The position numbers and the translations under genes were made by a program. The notes under the pieces were generated by a model. The model had not been told where the DNA came from. It was given only the letters and a program-made list of their open reading frames with translations, and searched no databases. From the IMG/VR virus record IMGVR_UViG_3300021138_000001: a DNA stretch of 64,000 nucleotides; one strand, given 5' to 3'. Numbering within the stretch: position 1 is the first letter of the stretch; each line of letters opens with the position of its first letter. This DNA is from a virus. Its lineage: Duplodnaviria > Heunggongvirae > Uroviricota > Caudoviricetes. This document shows, piece after piece, positions 17,550 to 28,146 of this stretch.

Positions 17550-17727
17550 ATCATTTCCTATTGAGCCAATCTAGCGTTTTCTTCTTCTATATGATTTTGT
17601 AACATAGCAACGTAGATATCTCTTTCAAAGGGTATCAATGCTTCAACTTCAGCAATACTATATTTATGATATTGACACAAATTAAAGATAAGCATATAAT
17701 AGTTAGCCAATGAGGTATGACTAACTC

Positions 17728-18432
17728 CTACTGAAAAAAATCGTCTATCCCTTGCAGAGTAATAGTTTTCTCAGTCCCCTCTTGGTCGGTATAAACTAAA
17801 TCGTGTTTAAGAACTGGAATAGTATCAAAGAATTCAATAATTTTTTCAAAGGCTTTACCTGGAATTGATTCTACGAATTCGGAAAGTTCTTGATCTGTAT
17901 GTTCATTAGTATCATAAACCGAATCTTCATCATAAATTGTAGCAATACATGCCTTAACCAAAGATAAAATTGATGCAGGATCTTCCTTATCAATTTGGAT
18001 AGTATCCAACATTTCAATTGTAGGATATCTCATTTGAATTCCAATAATATCTGTTAATTGAATTGTCGATTTATGTTTTTCATTGAATGTTACTTCAATA
18101 TCATTTAGATCAATGGTAAAATCATAAACTCGATTATCTGTATTATCTCTATATCGAAGTTCTACTTGTTCGCCCACAGATTTTGCTCTAATCTTTAGAT
18201 AAGAATATTCAAGGTCAAATGCAGGAAGAAGTCCAATATCGGTATTCAAATTTAACATACAATTGTTTACAATTTGTCGGATTGCACGAAGCTTGTCCTT
18301 AGAATCTTCGCTTTCATTAGCAATAAGAAGAAGTTTTTCTTCTTTTACTGTAAAGGGTCTAAAGTTATATCTTTTTTTATTCGAGGGTAATATCAATTCA
18401 AATATAGGATATGTAATTTTAGGTAACATCAT
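17728..18432 (-). CDS. hypothetical structural protein
   Basis: ORF track; colinear minus-strand operon. Confidence 0.4.
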   Translation of the reverse strand: MMLPKITYPIFELILPSNKKRYNFRPFTVKEEKLLLIANESEDSKDKLRAIRQIVNNCMLNLNTDIGLLPAFDLEYSYLKIRAKSVGEQVELRYRDNTDNRVYDFTIDLNDIEVTFNEKHKSTIQLTDIIGIQMRYPTIEMLDTIQIDKEDPASILSLVKACIATIYDEDSVYDTNEHTDQELSEFVESIPGKAFEKIIEFFDTIPVLKHDLVYTDQEGTEKTITLQGIDDFFQ

Positions 18433-18445
18433 TTACTCCATTATG

Positions 18446-19120
18446 TTAAAAGCTTCCGGTTGCTCCACCACCGCCACTAAAATTACCAACACCGGTAACA
18501 AGGGGTTTTACTGGTAATTGGGTTGTTTTTGCGGGTTGTGGTGTTCCGGTCTTTGCGATTGTTGATGATAAATTCTTTTGTATATAGTATCTATATCTGA
18601 ATGATACTGGAATTGTTACGATTTCGTTGTCCGACCCCCAATTTAATCGAACATCTCCAATACTTTGCGGAAATACATCAAAGAAGGTATATTCGATCAC
18701 AGATTTTCCTTGCCCATCAAAATGTCTTAATGTAACACTTGGTGCTATATAATCGTTTCTATACCCAACTCGAAAGCTGTTTGCATCGTTTCCATCAATA
18801 GAAAAAATGAAGTCTAACCAATCCTTGATCATAGAAAGATTTTGGGCTTTTCCATCAGACAAAAATATTATAGACAATGGAGTGTAGCTCACATTTACTG
18901 GGAAGAATTCTTCATATGTTGTGCCGCCTCTACGAACTGGTGTAACATCTAAAGATATTTGTGGAATGTTTGCTGTACTTGCAGAAAAGGTTAAATCATT
19001 TACGCTATACTTAGAGGCCAAATGAGGAGGAAGAGTAAACACAACTTCAAAGTGGGCTGATCTAGTAAATCCACCTCTTTTTCCTAAGTTTTGTAAAAAT
19101 TCTCTTGCATTAAATGCCAT
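18446..19120 (-). CDS. hypothetical structural protein (possibly tail-tube/baseplate-like)
   Basis: ORF track; beta-rich composition; Gly-rich C-terminus. Confidence 0.35.
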   Translation of the reverse strand: MAFNAREFLQNLGKRGGFTRSAHFEVVFTLPPHLASKYSVNDLTFSASTANIPQISLDVTPVRRGGTTYEEFFPVNVSYTPLSIIFLSDGKAQNLSMIKDWLDFIFSIDGNDANSFRVGYRNDYIAPSVTLRHFDGQGKSVIEYTFFDVFPQSIGDVRLNWGSDNEIVTIPVSFRYRYYIQKNLSSTIAKTGTPQPAKTTQLPVKPLVTGVGNFSGGGGATGSF

Positions 19121-19710
19121 TAGGATATCTTTCTTGTACTATCTGCCCAAACTTTTTGGTTTGATGCTTTTTGGAATTGTTCTGTTGGAAGCCATAGTGC
19201 AATATCCCAAGTATCGGGGGAGATCAAAATTAGATTGGATCTCATTTGAGATGGTAAATATTGCTTCAGACAAGGTTTAAAGAATCTTGAATCCGCAATA
19301 TTTTGTACTTTTATTCTTGCTCTATTAGATAGAGTGGGATCTGTAACATCTTCATATAACTCATCCATAGCAGCGGCTCTAAGTGCTGGTGGTAAATAAT
19401 GTAAATTTATTCCATAAAATCCGGTTTTTGCTGATCCTACCATGAATATAACAGGAAATGCGTCCCAATAAGGAAGTTTATCTTTAGTCTTTGCATCATA
19501 AGCAAACATATACATACTTCCAGGTTTTGGTCCAGTTCGAACTTGTGATCGTTCGGCTAAAAGGTCTGCTCTGGATACGTCTCTAGTTCTTCTCGCAGTT
19601 TGTCTAAACCAATCGATTGCTTCTTTGGTTTTACCTGGAACATATCCCTTTTTTATACCTTTATTAAGTATATCTGTAAAAATATACTTTTCTTTTGTGT
19701 TTATCGCCAT
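19120..19710 (-). CDS. hypothetical protein (start placed at internal ATG overlapping upstream stop, TAATG)
   Basis: ORF 19120..19794 trimmed to ATG at 19710 (MAINTKEKY...) coupled to stop of 19710..20147. Confidence 0.4.
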   Translation of the reverse strand: MAINTKEKYIFTDILNKGIKKGYVPGKTKEAIDWFRQTARRTRDVSRADLLAERSQVRTGPKPGSMYMFAYDAKTKDKLPYWDAFPVIFMVGSAKTGFYGINLHYLPPALRAAAMDELYEDVTDPTLSNRARIKVQNIADSRFFKPCLKQYLPSQMRSNLILISPDTWDIALWLPTEQFQKASNQKVWADSTRKIS

Positions 19711-20147
19711 TAAAAGTTTAATCCTAAATCTTTTTCGGTTACGATTATAAATTTCCAACCCTTTTGATCGCAGTAGGCTTGGGCATATCGCCATTTACTA
19801 CTATTTATCATATAAGTTTTAACTTCGGTTAGATATCTATTCTTATTTTTATTGGGTTTTGGCTCTTTTGTTTGGTATAATGGTTTGATTTCTATTACAG
19901 ATTCTACTATAGTTCCATCAGAAGATTTTGTTTTAACATAAAAATCTGGAAAGTATCTATGAACTCGACCATCTATCGGAGATTTATAAGGTATTGAAAA
20001 TTCTTCAGATGCCCATTCAATTACTTCTGTATGTGAATCTAGATATGACATGAATCTGGATTCCCAGCGAGAACGATAAATTATATTAGTCGGGTCGCCT
20101 CTGTATTTCTTTGGATTATTTGGTTTGAATTTTCCTGAATATGCCAT
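19710..20147 (-). CDS. free-standing PD-(D/E)XK homing-endonuclease-like protein (paralog of the gene-32 insertion ORF nuclease domain)
   Basis: RYFPDFYVKTKSSDGTIVESVIEIKPLY vs YFPDFYLPKYNLIIEVKSTY in 13496..14407. Confidence 0.45.
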   Translation of the reverse strand: MAYSGKFKPNNPKKYRGDPTNIIYRSRWESRFMSYLDSHTEVIEWASEEFSIPYKSPIDGRVHRYFPDFYVKTKSSDGTIVESVIEIKPLYQTKEPKPNKNKNRYLTEVKTYMINSSKWRYAQAYCDQKGWKFIIVTEKDLGLNF

Positions 20148-20155
20148 GACTTCTC

Positions 20156-20163
20156 TATAAATA
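20156..20163 (+). promoter_or_regulatory. T4-type late promoter box TATAAATA
   Basis: Exact TATAAATA ~40 nt upstream of 20200 start. Confidence 0.4.
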
Positions 20164-20199
20164 TAATGTTATTCCTACACTCTATTTACTGGAAAAAAA

Positions 20200-21081
20200 A
20201 TGGCATCAAACGATCCGAATGTAGTAGTTCAAAGAAGAAGAGAAAGTGTTCAAAAGGGGGTTATGTCGGAAAGACTTCAATTTCCAATGAACAATTCTGG
20301 AAATGAAATTGAATCAAACTATACAATAATTTCATTTTATGAGTATACTCGTGTAAATCCCTTGGCAGTTCCTAAAGAAGAGCCAAATGGACATATCATA
20401 TTACCAATTCCGTTTAGTGGGTTAGTAGATAATACAAATGTTGATTTTAGCGAAATGGAACTCGGTGTTATTGGTGGAACACTTAAGACTTTAGGTAGCG
20501 GTTCTGCTGCAACACAAAAAGCAGGAGGTCTTCTTGCTGGTCTTGGTATTGCGGGAGCCGGTGCTATTGCAAAAACTGTTGCTCAAAATTTAGGAGAATT
20601 TGCCGCAACCAAACTTGGAGCAACATCTAGGTCGGCGGCTGGTGCTGGAAAACAAGCTGGTGAATTTGTTGACAAGTATAAAGGTCTTGTTTCTGGTGAA
20701 GCCATTAATCCAAATATAACTCTTAACTTTAAAGGAGTTAAACTTCGTGAACATACATTTACTTGGAGATTGATTGCAAAAGATGCAGATGAGAGTAAAG
20801 CTATAGAAAATATACTTATTAAATTAAGACAAATGGCTCTTCCAAAAATGCAAGGCGGTGGTGCTATTGCATTATCTTATCCTTATATTGCATCAATCGA
20901 ATTCTTTCCAGCCATTATCAAAATTAGTGATTTGAAATGTTTCATATCAGATATTAGAATTTCCTATGATGGTGTTGGTCATCCATCATTTTATAGAGAT
21001 ACAAGTGCTCCAGTAGTAATTGATTTGTCTATTACATTTAAAGAGCGTGCAATTCTTACTTCAGATGATTACGGAAGATAA
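20200..21081 (+). CDS. putative baseplate/tail structural protein
   Basis: ORF; late promoter; Gly/Ala-rich central segment. Confidence 0.4.
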   Translation: MASNDPNVVVQRRRESVQKGVMSERLQFPMNNSGNEIESNYTIISFYEYTRVNPLAVPKEEPNGHIILPIPFSGLVDNTNVDFSEMELGVIGGTLKTLGSGSAATQKAGGLLAGLGIAGAGAIAKTVAQNLGEFAATKLGATSRSAAGAGKQAGEFVDKYKGLVSGEAINPNITLNFKGVKLREHTFTWRLIAKDADESKAIENILIKLRQMALPKMQGGGAIALSYPYIASIEFFPAIIKISDLKCFISDIRISYDGVGHPSFYRDTSAPVVIDLSITFKERAILTSDDYGR

Positions 21082-21084
21082 TAT

Positions 21085-21681
21085 ATGTCTCAATATTTTA
21101 ATGCTTTTCCGCTAATAAATTATAACAATGTTGATGCAATTAATCTTACTCTGCGCGCATCTGTTGTAGATAATTTTAAACAAAATATAACAAACTTTTA
21201 TCCTTATACACTAAAGGATAATGAAACTGCAACATCTCTTGCATATGATTATTATGGCGATCCTAACTATGCTTGGGTTATCTATTATACCAATAATATA
21301 ATTGATCCATATTATGATTGGTTTTTAAATGTTAATGATTTTCAAAACTTTATAATTCAGAAATATGGAAGTATTGCTGCGGCTTCATCGCAGATTGTTT
21401 ACTATCAACAATTCCCACAACAATATTATACGAATAATATAACAAATCAATTTGTGCCTGCTTCAAATCCTCCATCAGATTTATCCAATTGGACATTAAC
21501 TACGATTGACAATCAATTAAAAATTTCAAGTGTTACTTCACCAAATCCGGCTATTTGGTTTCCTGTATATGCATATGATGATGAGCATAATAAAAATGAA
21601 GCAAAAAGAAATATTATTCTATTAAATAGAGTATTAATTCCATCATTGGATTCGCAATTGAAAGATATTTTGAATGGTTAG
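21085..21681 (+). CDS. hypothetical structural protein
   Basis: ORF track. Confidence 0.35.
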   Translation: MSQYFNAFPLINYNNVDAINLTLRASVVDNFKQNITNFYPYTLKDNETATSLAYDYYGDPNYAWVIYYTNNIIDPYYDWFLNVNDFQNFIIQKYGSIAAASSQIVYYQQFPQQYYTNNITNQFVPASNPPSDLSNWTLTTIDNQLKISSVTSPNPAIWFPVYAYDDEHNKNEAKRNIILLNRVLIPSLDSQLKDILNG

Positions 21682-23206
21682 TAATGTTAATGGACCCAAA
21701 AGTTATAGAGGTCCAGGCTCTGTAGAATCCTTTAAGATTATACTCAAAAACGTAGATAGTTCAAAGTCTTACGATATTACTTCTATGGTTACTGACGTTT
21801 CTCTTTATGAAGATATCTTCAAGAAGGCTATCTATGGTGTTATTGCTATAAAAGACGGTATCAATCTTATGAATGGTATGACACAAGATAAACAAAATGG
21901 AACCTCTTCGTTTCCTATTGTAGGCGAAGAATTCATAGAGATGTCTTATACTGTAAGTGGGTTTGAACAAGTTAATAGAAGATTTGCTGTTAATGCAATA
22001 AAACAAGTAACTATTGATAAGACATTAAAGTCTAGAAATTATGTAATCGATATTTGTTCCGAAGAATATTTAATTGATGCTACAACTCTTGTTCAAAAAA
22101 GCTATCAAGATCAAATTAGTAATATGGTCGAAGATATTCTTAAAAAGTATCTTAAGGTAGATAAAGAAATTCCTAATGCTAAACGAAAGAAAGCATATGA
22201 TATTCAAGCAACAAAGGGACAACAAAATTTAGTAATTCCAAGATTAACACCATTTGAAACTTTAGATTTTTTGGCTAAGCGATCTCTTGCTGAGACTGTA
22301 TTCCAATCTGGAAGTTATCTGTTCTTTGAAAATAAAGATGGATTTAATTTTTGCGATATTGAATATCTAATTCGTCGCGGTAAGCAAAGATACAGTAAAG
22401 ATATTACTAGATATCAATATTATTACCAAGACCCGAATCTACCAAATCCGACACATGAGGGTAGTGGTGTTCAAGATGATTCTAAAACTTTTAAGACAGT
22501 CATTTCTATGGTACAAAAGCATAAGTTTGATACTATTGAGAAACTTAGACGTGGATATTTTGAAAATGATGTGTTAGTATATGACTTTGTTGCTAAGCGA
22601 GTAAAAGAAACAGTATTTAAATTTTTAGATCACTACCAAGATTTGAACACCCTTGGTGCCTCAAAGGTTGAATCTGTATCTGAAGCCTCGTATCCAGAAA
22701 ACAGCATCGATTTTATCAGAACAGTAACTAAGGATGCAGAAAAACCACAAGGAATTCTTGGATTTTTAGGTTTAACAAAAGATTTTCCGAGTACAGATAA
22801 ACACACAAAACTATTCTTTATTCCTAAAGATTCTACTCAGCCCGATACATATCTAGAAACTATCTATTCAAATAGAGCGTCTTATATGACCAGACTTGCT
22901 CAGAATATGTTTACCGTAGAAGTTATTGGCGATCCTTTGATTGCGGCTGGTGATGTTATTACAATCAATCTACCAGAAATTATTGGTACCACAATAGATA
23001 GAAAAATTTATGACGTATTCCTATCTGGATACTTTATGGTAACTACTATTCACCATAGAATAAACTCTGATAGTTATATGTGTACTTATGATCTATATAA
23101 GAATGGCTTTTCGAATCCAGTTATTACTACAGATAAGGGTGAAGCACCGCAGCCATCTAGCTCTGCGTTCTTAAATAATACGACACAGCTTGGAGTCAAC
23201 AAATAA
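21674..23206 (+). CDS. putative baseplate hub protein (gp27-like position; unverified)
   Basis: 510-aa ORF immediately upstream of gp5-like gene. Confidence 0.3.
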   Translation: MVSNVNGPKSYRGPGSVESFKIILKNVDSSKSYDITSMVTDVSLYEDIFKKAIYGVIAIKDGINLMNGMTQDKQNGTSSFPIVGEEFIEMSYTVSGFEQVNRRFAVNAIKQVTIDKTLKSRNYVIDICSEEYLIDATTLVQKSYQDQISNMVEDILKKYLKVDKEIPNAKRKKAYDIQATKGQQNLVIPRLTPFETLDFLAKRSLAETVFQSGSYLFFENKDGFNFCDIEYLIRRGKQRYSKDITRYQYYYQDPNLPNPTHEGSGVQDDSKTFKTVISMVQKHKFDTIEKLRRGYFENDVLVYDFVAKRVKETVFKFLDHYQDLNTLGASKVESVSEASYPENSIDFIRTVTKDAEKPQGILGFLGLTKDFPSTDKHTKLFFIPKDSTQPDTYLETIYSNRASYMTRLAQNMFTVEVIGDPLIAAGDVITINLPEIIGTTIDRKIYDVFLSGYFMVTTIHHRINSDSYMCTYDLYKNGFSNPVITTDKGEAPQPSSSAFLNNTTQLGVNK

Positions 23207-24141
23207 TGAATAACTTTATGGGTAAAGATGGCTTTCATTGGTTCTTTGGGAAAGTTGTTGATAGATTTGATCCATTGATGCTTGGTCGTGTTCGGGTTCG
23301 TGTTTATGGTATTCATCCTGATGATGAAACTTTAGTTCCCAATGACCATCTGCCTTGGGCAATGCCTATTCAACCTATCAACTCGGCGGGCATCTTTGGT
23401 GTCGGCCATTCTCCTGTAGGACCGATTGAAGGAACGCAAGTATTTGGATTTTTTGCTGATGGTAAAGATTGTCAAATTCCCTTTATTCTTGGTACAGTAG
23501 CAACTGGTCTTGGGCATTTTGCATTGAATGTTATTTCTACAGCTTCTGATGCATTAAAAGCAGTAACAGATGCAACATCTCCTGTGCAGACCTTAGGACA
23601 ACTCTCTAAATCCTTTGTAGTAAAGGCTGGACCAATCGGTCAAAGACTTATGGCAGACCTAAGTCTTCACGATTATCAAGCTGCCGCTATTTTGGGTAAT
23701 GTTGCGCATGAATCTGGTGGAATGTTCTGTGATATTCGAGAAGGGGGTAGCCACGGTCCATGCTGGCCTATAGATACTAAATCAAAAGGTTATGGTTGGG
23801 TTCAGTGGACCAATAGTCGAATGAATGACTTTGTGCATTTTGTTAAGACGAACTTTAATGGTTATGATATTACACAAAATGCAGCAACGGATGATCATAA
23901 TTATTCGTTTCTATTATATGAATTAAAAAATACTCCTAGATATACTAAGAATCTTAAGGCTGCATCAACCATCGAATCTGCAACCGCAGCATTTATGAAT
24001 GATTTTGAAAAGCCTAAAGCGGAATACGCATTCCTTGATAGAAGAATTGGATATGCTAAGCAAGCATTAGCATCAATGAATGGTTCTGGACCACCAACCA
24101 GAGCAACAGGAAAGAATCTGGAAACAACTAAAAATGGCTAA
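23206..24141 (+). CDS. 5: gp5-like baseplate hub protein: N-terminal OB-fold plus phage tail lysozyme domain
   Basis: FFGKVVDRFDPLMLGRVRVRVYGIHPDDE (gp5 OB-fold N-terminus); YQAAAILGNVAHESGG (tail-lysozyme signature). Confidence 0.55.
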   Translation: MNNFMGKDGFHWFFGKVVDRFDPLMLGRVRVRVYGIHPDDETLVPNDHLPWAMPIQPINSAGIFGVGHSPVGPIEGTQVFGFFADGKDCQIPFILGTVATGLGHFALNVISTASDALKAVTDATSPVQTLGQLSKSFVVKAGPIGQRLMADLSLHDYQAAAILGNVAHESGGMFCDIREGGSHGPCWPIDTKSKGYGWVQWTNSRMNDFVHFVKTNFNGYDITQNAATDDHNYSFLLYELKNTPRYTKNLKAASTIESATAAFMNDFEKPKAEYAFLDRRIGYAKQALASMNGSGPPTRATGKNLETTKNG

Positions 24142-26113
24142 TACAACAAACACAATCCCAAATACCTCTATTGTTTCTGTAACTGATTTTATTAGTTCGG
24201 CCGTTGTTTCTAATGATCCAACATTAACTATAATAACTAGCGGGTTACTCTCTGCTACAGATGGTTCTGTTCAAGTAGACCCAGCATTATTAAATCTCAA
24301 TAATGGTATACCCGATACTTTTCTATCGCAATTCTATTCTGGTAATGCATCGGCAAACACTCTAACCTTAAATTATGACCAATTAAACAGTATAGATTCA
24401 GATCAACAAGTTGCTTCTACTGTAGTAGACCCAACAACAGTTCCTATTACGTCTACCCCATCTTCTCCTACATTGGCTAGAGCGGCTTCTAATGTTGTCA
24501 CATCTATTGCTGCAACACAACCTTCAGATATTTCTGTGACTCCGGTTGGTATAGAACCACCCCTTGCCTATAAAGGGCAATATCCATATGTGCATACTCA
24601 AAAGTCGGAGTCTGGTCATATTAAAGAAATAGATGATACGCCTGGAAATGAAAGATTATTTGATTATCACAAGTCCGGTACATATCAAGAAATTGCTGCT
24701 GATGGTCGTAGAGTAACTAAAGTAGTTGGTGATAACTATAGTATCGTTGTTCATGATGATCATGTTTACATCGAAGGTTCTCAGGACGTTTATGTAAAAG
24801 GAAATATAAACATCACATGTCTTAACGATGTTAATATTAATGTTGGGGGCAGATTAGAAATTAATGCAAAAGAAGATGTTCGTATTAGGGGTAGTGCAAT
24901 TTATCTAGAGGCATATGATGGAGACATCAATATGTATTCTTCAGGTAATACAAATATGCATAGTACACAAGACACAAATATTTTTTCTAATGCTAATGTT
25001 CAAGTACAATCAGCAGTAGGAAGCAACTTTACAGCACAATCTTTTGATGTTAAGACTACACAAGATGTGAATTTGTATTCTGGTGCTAATGTACAGATTC
25101 AATCTACTACAGATACTAACATTAAATCTGGTGCTGGAATCTTTTCATCTTCTACACAAGATACTAATATTAAATCTAGTGGAGCATTTGTCGTATCTGC
25201 TACGTCAGCTTCTTCAGTCAAGTCTAGCTCTACTGTAGCTTTCGATGGTTCTCACATTTCCTTAAATGAAGGAATTTCAATTACTGCTACTGATGCAAAT
25301 CCCGCAGCACAAGCAATTGGTGCTACAGATGCAAAAACTTCGGGTCTATCAAACCCACCAAGTAGAGAAGGAACTGTTCCTGCTGTTACAGATTCTATTA
25401 TTCAGGGAACCGATGATGACCAAGAAAACGCACAAGCGCAAATAAATGCGGCTGTGGCTTCTGGAAGAATTACTCAGGCTCAAGCTGATGCTTTAAAGAA
25501 TGAGCCTTCAACTACAGGACAAACTGATACTTCTCCTGCAGCCAATATTGTTCCAACTGGCACAACCGGCGGTATTGAAAATCTTCCAGATACATCTATT
25601 TCTGGCGATTTGAGGTTATCAAAGAATTATAGATTATCTGATCTTACTTATCCTGGTCCGGTATTTCCTTATGCGATTATGTCTCAAGTTGCTGGTGGTT
25701 CTTTAATGAGTAAAGCCAGACTCGCTGCAAATCTAACATTGCTTGCTCAAAATGTTCTAGAACCAATTAGTCAAAAATGGGGACCAATTCGGATCAATTC
25801 TGGATTAAGAACCGGCGCTAATATTGGTGCTGGTCAACATGGAACCGGACAAGCAGTAGATATTACATTTGGTGCAAGATCATCTGACTACAAAACCATG
25901 TACGAAATTGCTCAATGGATCAAAGATCATATTGCATTCGATCAATTAATTCTTGAATATGGCGCATCACAAATTTGGATTCATATATCATTTGCAAGTC
26001 CTGATAGCGGATGTAAGTTTAAGGCAAATAGAAAAATGATATTGACTTGTGCGAATGCTCCAACCGGAGACTATAAACCAGGACTTATTGAATTTGCCTG
26101 GAGTCCTAAGTAA
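24133..26113 (+). CDS. central spike protein: beta-helix repeats (gp5 C-domain-like) fused to C-terminal M15 (VanY/L-Ala-D-Glu) peptidase
   Basis: Repeats TQDTNI(F/K)S..NVQ(V/I)QS; SGLRTGANIGAGQHGTGQAVDI = M15 zinc-peptidase H..D motif; ATG overlaps upstream stop. Confidence 0.55.
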
Positions 26114-26361
26114 TGCCCGGAGTAACAAGAGACAATATTGATCATTGTGGAAGCCACTTAATTCTTGGTGGTGGGCAATTCACAGTTTCTTGTGAGGGGC
26201 AATTAATAACTGTTGTAAATGATCAGTTACAGTCTTGTACTGCTATAATGTCTACTGGTTCTTCTACAATATCAATTGCTGGTAAAGCTATATGTAGAGC
26301 CGGTGATACTGCAACAGATGGTACACATGCCACAGGAAGTTCGACGGTTTCTGCCACATAA
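26113..26361 (+). CDS. PAAR-repeat spike tip protein (gp5.4-like)
   Basis: 82 aa, Gly/Cys/His pattern, immediately after spike gene. Confidence 0.5.
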   Translation: MPGVTRDNIDHCGSHLILGGGQFTVSCEGQLITVVNDQLQSCTAIMSTGSSTISIAGKAICRAGDTATDGTHATGSSTVSAT

Positions 26362-26487
26362 ATATATGAAATTGTTGGGGAGAATTCATTATGAAATTGT
26401 CCTGGAAATTTGTGTGTGCTTTTTTAACAGTCTTTGTGTGGTTATCTTGGGTAATATATATTATAATAAGTGACCTAATTTTACACT

Positions 26488-26495
26488 TATAAATA
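26488..26495 (+). promoter_or_regulatory. T4-type late promoter box TATAAATA
   Basis: Exact TATAAATA upstream of 26524. Confidence 0.35.
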
Positions 26496-26523
26496 AAGAG
26501 TTGTTTTAATTAAGGAAATTATT

Positions 26524-27294
26524 ATGTATAAATTGTTTTTAGCATTACTGTTTGTACCATCTATAGCTCTCGCAAATCCTATAGATGATAAGTGTCCCCA
26601 ATTTTCATTTGAAGGTGCTCCAATATCTTCAATCACAAAGAATGATGATTATCTATGTAAGCAAAATTATGCTATACATTATCGAGAAGATACGAAGACC
26701 CCTGAATATGTTGTAGAACATCCAACAAAGGATGCTGTCAGTGGACCAGCAAAAAGAAAGGACAATTTTCGTCCCGACCCAGCCATTCCAAAGGCAGGAA
26801 GTGCAACCCTTGCAGATTATTCCTCCGAAGGGTCTATCTACGACAGAGGACATATGGTGCCAGCCGGTGATAATACTCAGTCGGTTGCCATTATGTCCGA
26901 ATCTTTCTTTCTCACTAACATGGTCCCGCAAGTGGGTAATAACAACCGTGGAATTTGGAAGCAGTTGGAAACTGCCGTTCGAAACTGGGTTCTAGAAGGT
27001 AAGGATGTTTATGTATCTTCTGGTTCTATATATGATGCTGGATACAAATCTATTGGTCCGGGTAAGGTAGGTGTTCCAACTCGCCTATTTAAAGTCATCT
27101 TTGATGCCACAGATAATAGGGCTATTGGATTTATTTTTCCAAATACGGCTCTTGATGTGAAAGACCTTCCGAAGTATGCTGTATCTGTTGAAGCTGTTGA
27201 ACAGGCTACCGGAATTGAGTTTGCACCAAAGCTCGCTACTGTTGCAGAAAAGACTGCTGCACCAGATTTAACTAAGTGGTCTAGTTTAAAATAA
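26524..27294 (+). CDS. secreted DNA/RNA non-specific endonuclease (Serratia NucA family) with signal peptide
   Basis: Signal peptide MYKLFLALLFVPSIALA; active-site DRGHMVPAGDN. Confidence 0.65.
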   Translation: MYKLFLALLFVPSIALANPIDDKCPQFSFEGAPISSITKNDDYLCKQNYAIHYREDTKTPEYVVEHPTKDAVSGPAKRKDNFRPDPAIPKAGSATLADYSSEGSIYDRGHMVPAGDNTQSVAIMSESFFLTNMVPQVGNNNRGIWKQLETAVRNWVLEGKDVYVSSGSIYDAGYKSIGPGKVGVPTRLFKVIFDATDNRAIGFIFPNTALDVKDLPKYAVSVEAVEQATGIEFAPKLATVAEKTAAPDLTKWSSLK

Positions 27295-27316
27295 TTAATA
27301 ATAACGGAGAAATAAA

Positions 27317-27577
27317 ATGGTTCTATTTGGTGTCTTTTTAGTTGTTGCTGTGCTTGCGGTCGGATTTTTGCTAATCGATAAGCAACGCAAGAAGGAATTG
27401 CAACAAGATTTTGCATTAGAACTTCAACGCATTAGTGAAGATGTTGAAAAGTTTAAGGCTGAAGCTGAAGCTGAAGAAAAGAAGTTAGTAGAAGAAGTCG
27501 CTAAGGCTAAGCAAGCTTTAGAGACTGCGGAAGAGGTTATCGTAAGTAAGGTAAAGCGCAAGCCTGCAAAGAAGTAA
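27317..27577 (+). CDS. small membrane-anchored coiled-coil protein
   Basis: N-terminal transmembrane helix then charged heptad-like region. Confidence 0.35.
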   Translation: MVLFGVFLVVAVLAVGFLLIDKQRKKELQQDFALELQRISEDVEKFKAEAEAEEKKLVEEVAKAKQALETAEEVIVSKVKRKPAKK

Positions 27578-27768
27578 TTTATTTTGGATAAAAGAATCGC
27601 CTATACCTTTATCTTGAATAATAAGACTATGGATGTTTTGACCGAAACGGCAAATCATGCATTATATGTCGTAGGAAATCTGTTCCCACTACCAGAAACA
27701 GGAAATTGGGAACTTTCTAAACAAGATCATACGACATATCATTGGGTCTATTGATCTGATTTAGAAAA

Positions 27769-27807
27769 ATATCCTCGTCCCCTTTTGGGTATGGGGATAT
27801 TTTTTTG
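27769..27807 (+). terminator. rho-independent terminator
   Basis: ATATCC..CCCC-loop-GGGGATAT followed by TTTTTTT. Confidence 0.6.
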
Positions 27808-27828
27808 TCCGTTTGAAAATTTTTATGA

Positions 27829-27856
27829 TTGACATGAATTTTAAATGGCGTATGAT
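27829..27856 (+). promoter_or_regulatory. sigma70-like promoter (-35 TTGACA, 16-nt spacer, -10 TATGAT)
   Basis: Exact TTGACA 27829-27834; TATGAT 27851-27856. Confidence 0.55.
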
Positions 27857-27873
27857 ATCCCTACATTAATTAA

Positions 27874-28146
27874 TTGGAGGGAACTGTGGTCCTAATAACT
27901 GTGTTAACCATTTTCTTTGTAATCAGCCTCTACAACATTTTAAAGATTATCCAGATTTATTATTTTGATAAGCATTTTGCTAAGCGTATTGATGCGTATT
28001 GGGATAGTGTTGAGTCGCGCATAGAGAAGGGTGAGATTATCGATTGGGATAATGAACCTCGATTTGCGGTCCACCAATCTTTCGATAAGTTTTCGAGTTC
28101 TATGCCTTGGGACTATAACTTTGATAGGATGATTATCTATGTCTGA
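27874..28146 (+). CDS. small membrane protein
   Basis: ORF with N-terminal transmembrane helix. Confidence 0.35.
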   Translation: MEGTVVLITVLTIFFVISLYNILKIIQIYYFDKHFAKRIDAYWDSVESRIEKGEIIDWDNEPRFAVHQSFDKFSSSMPWDYNFDRMIIYV

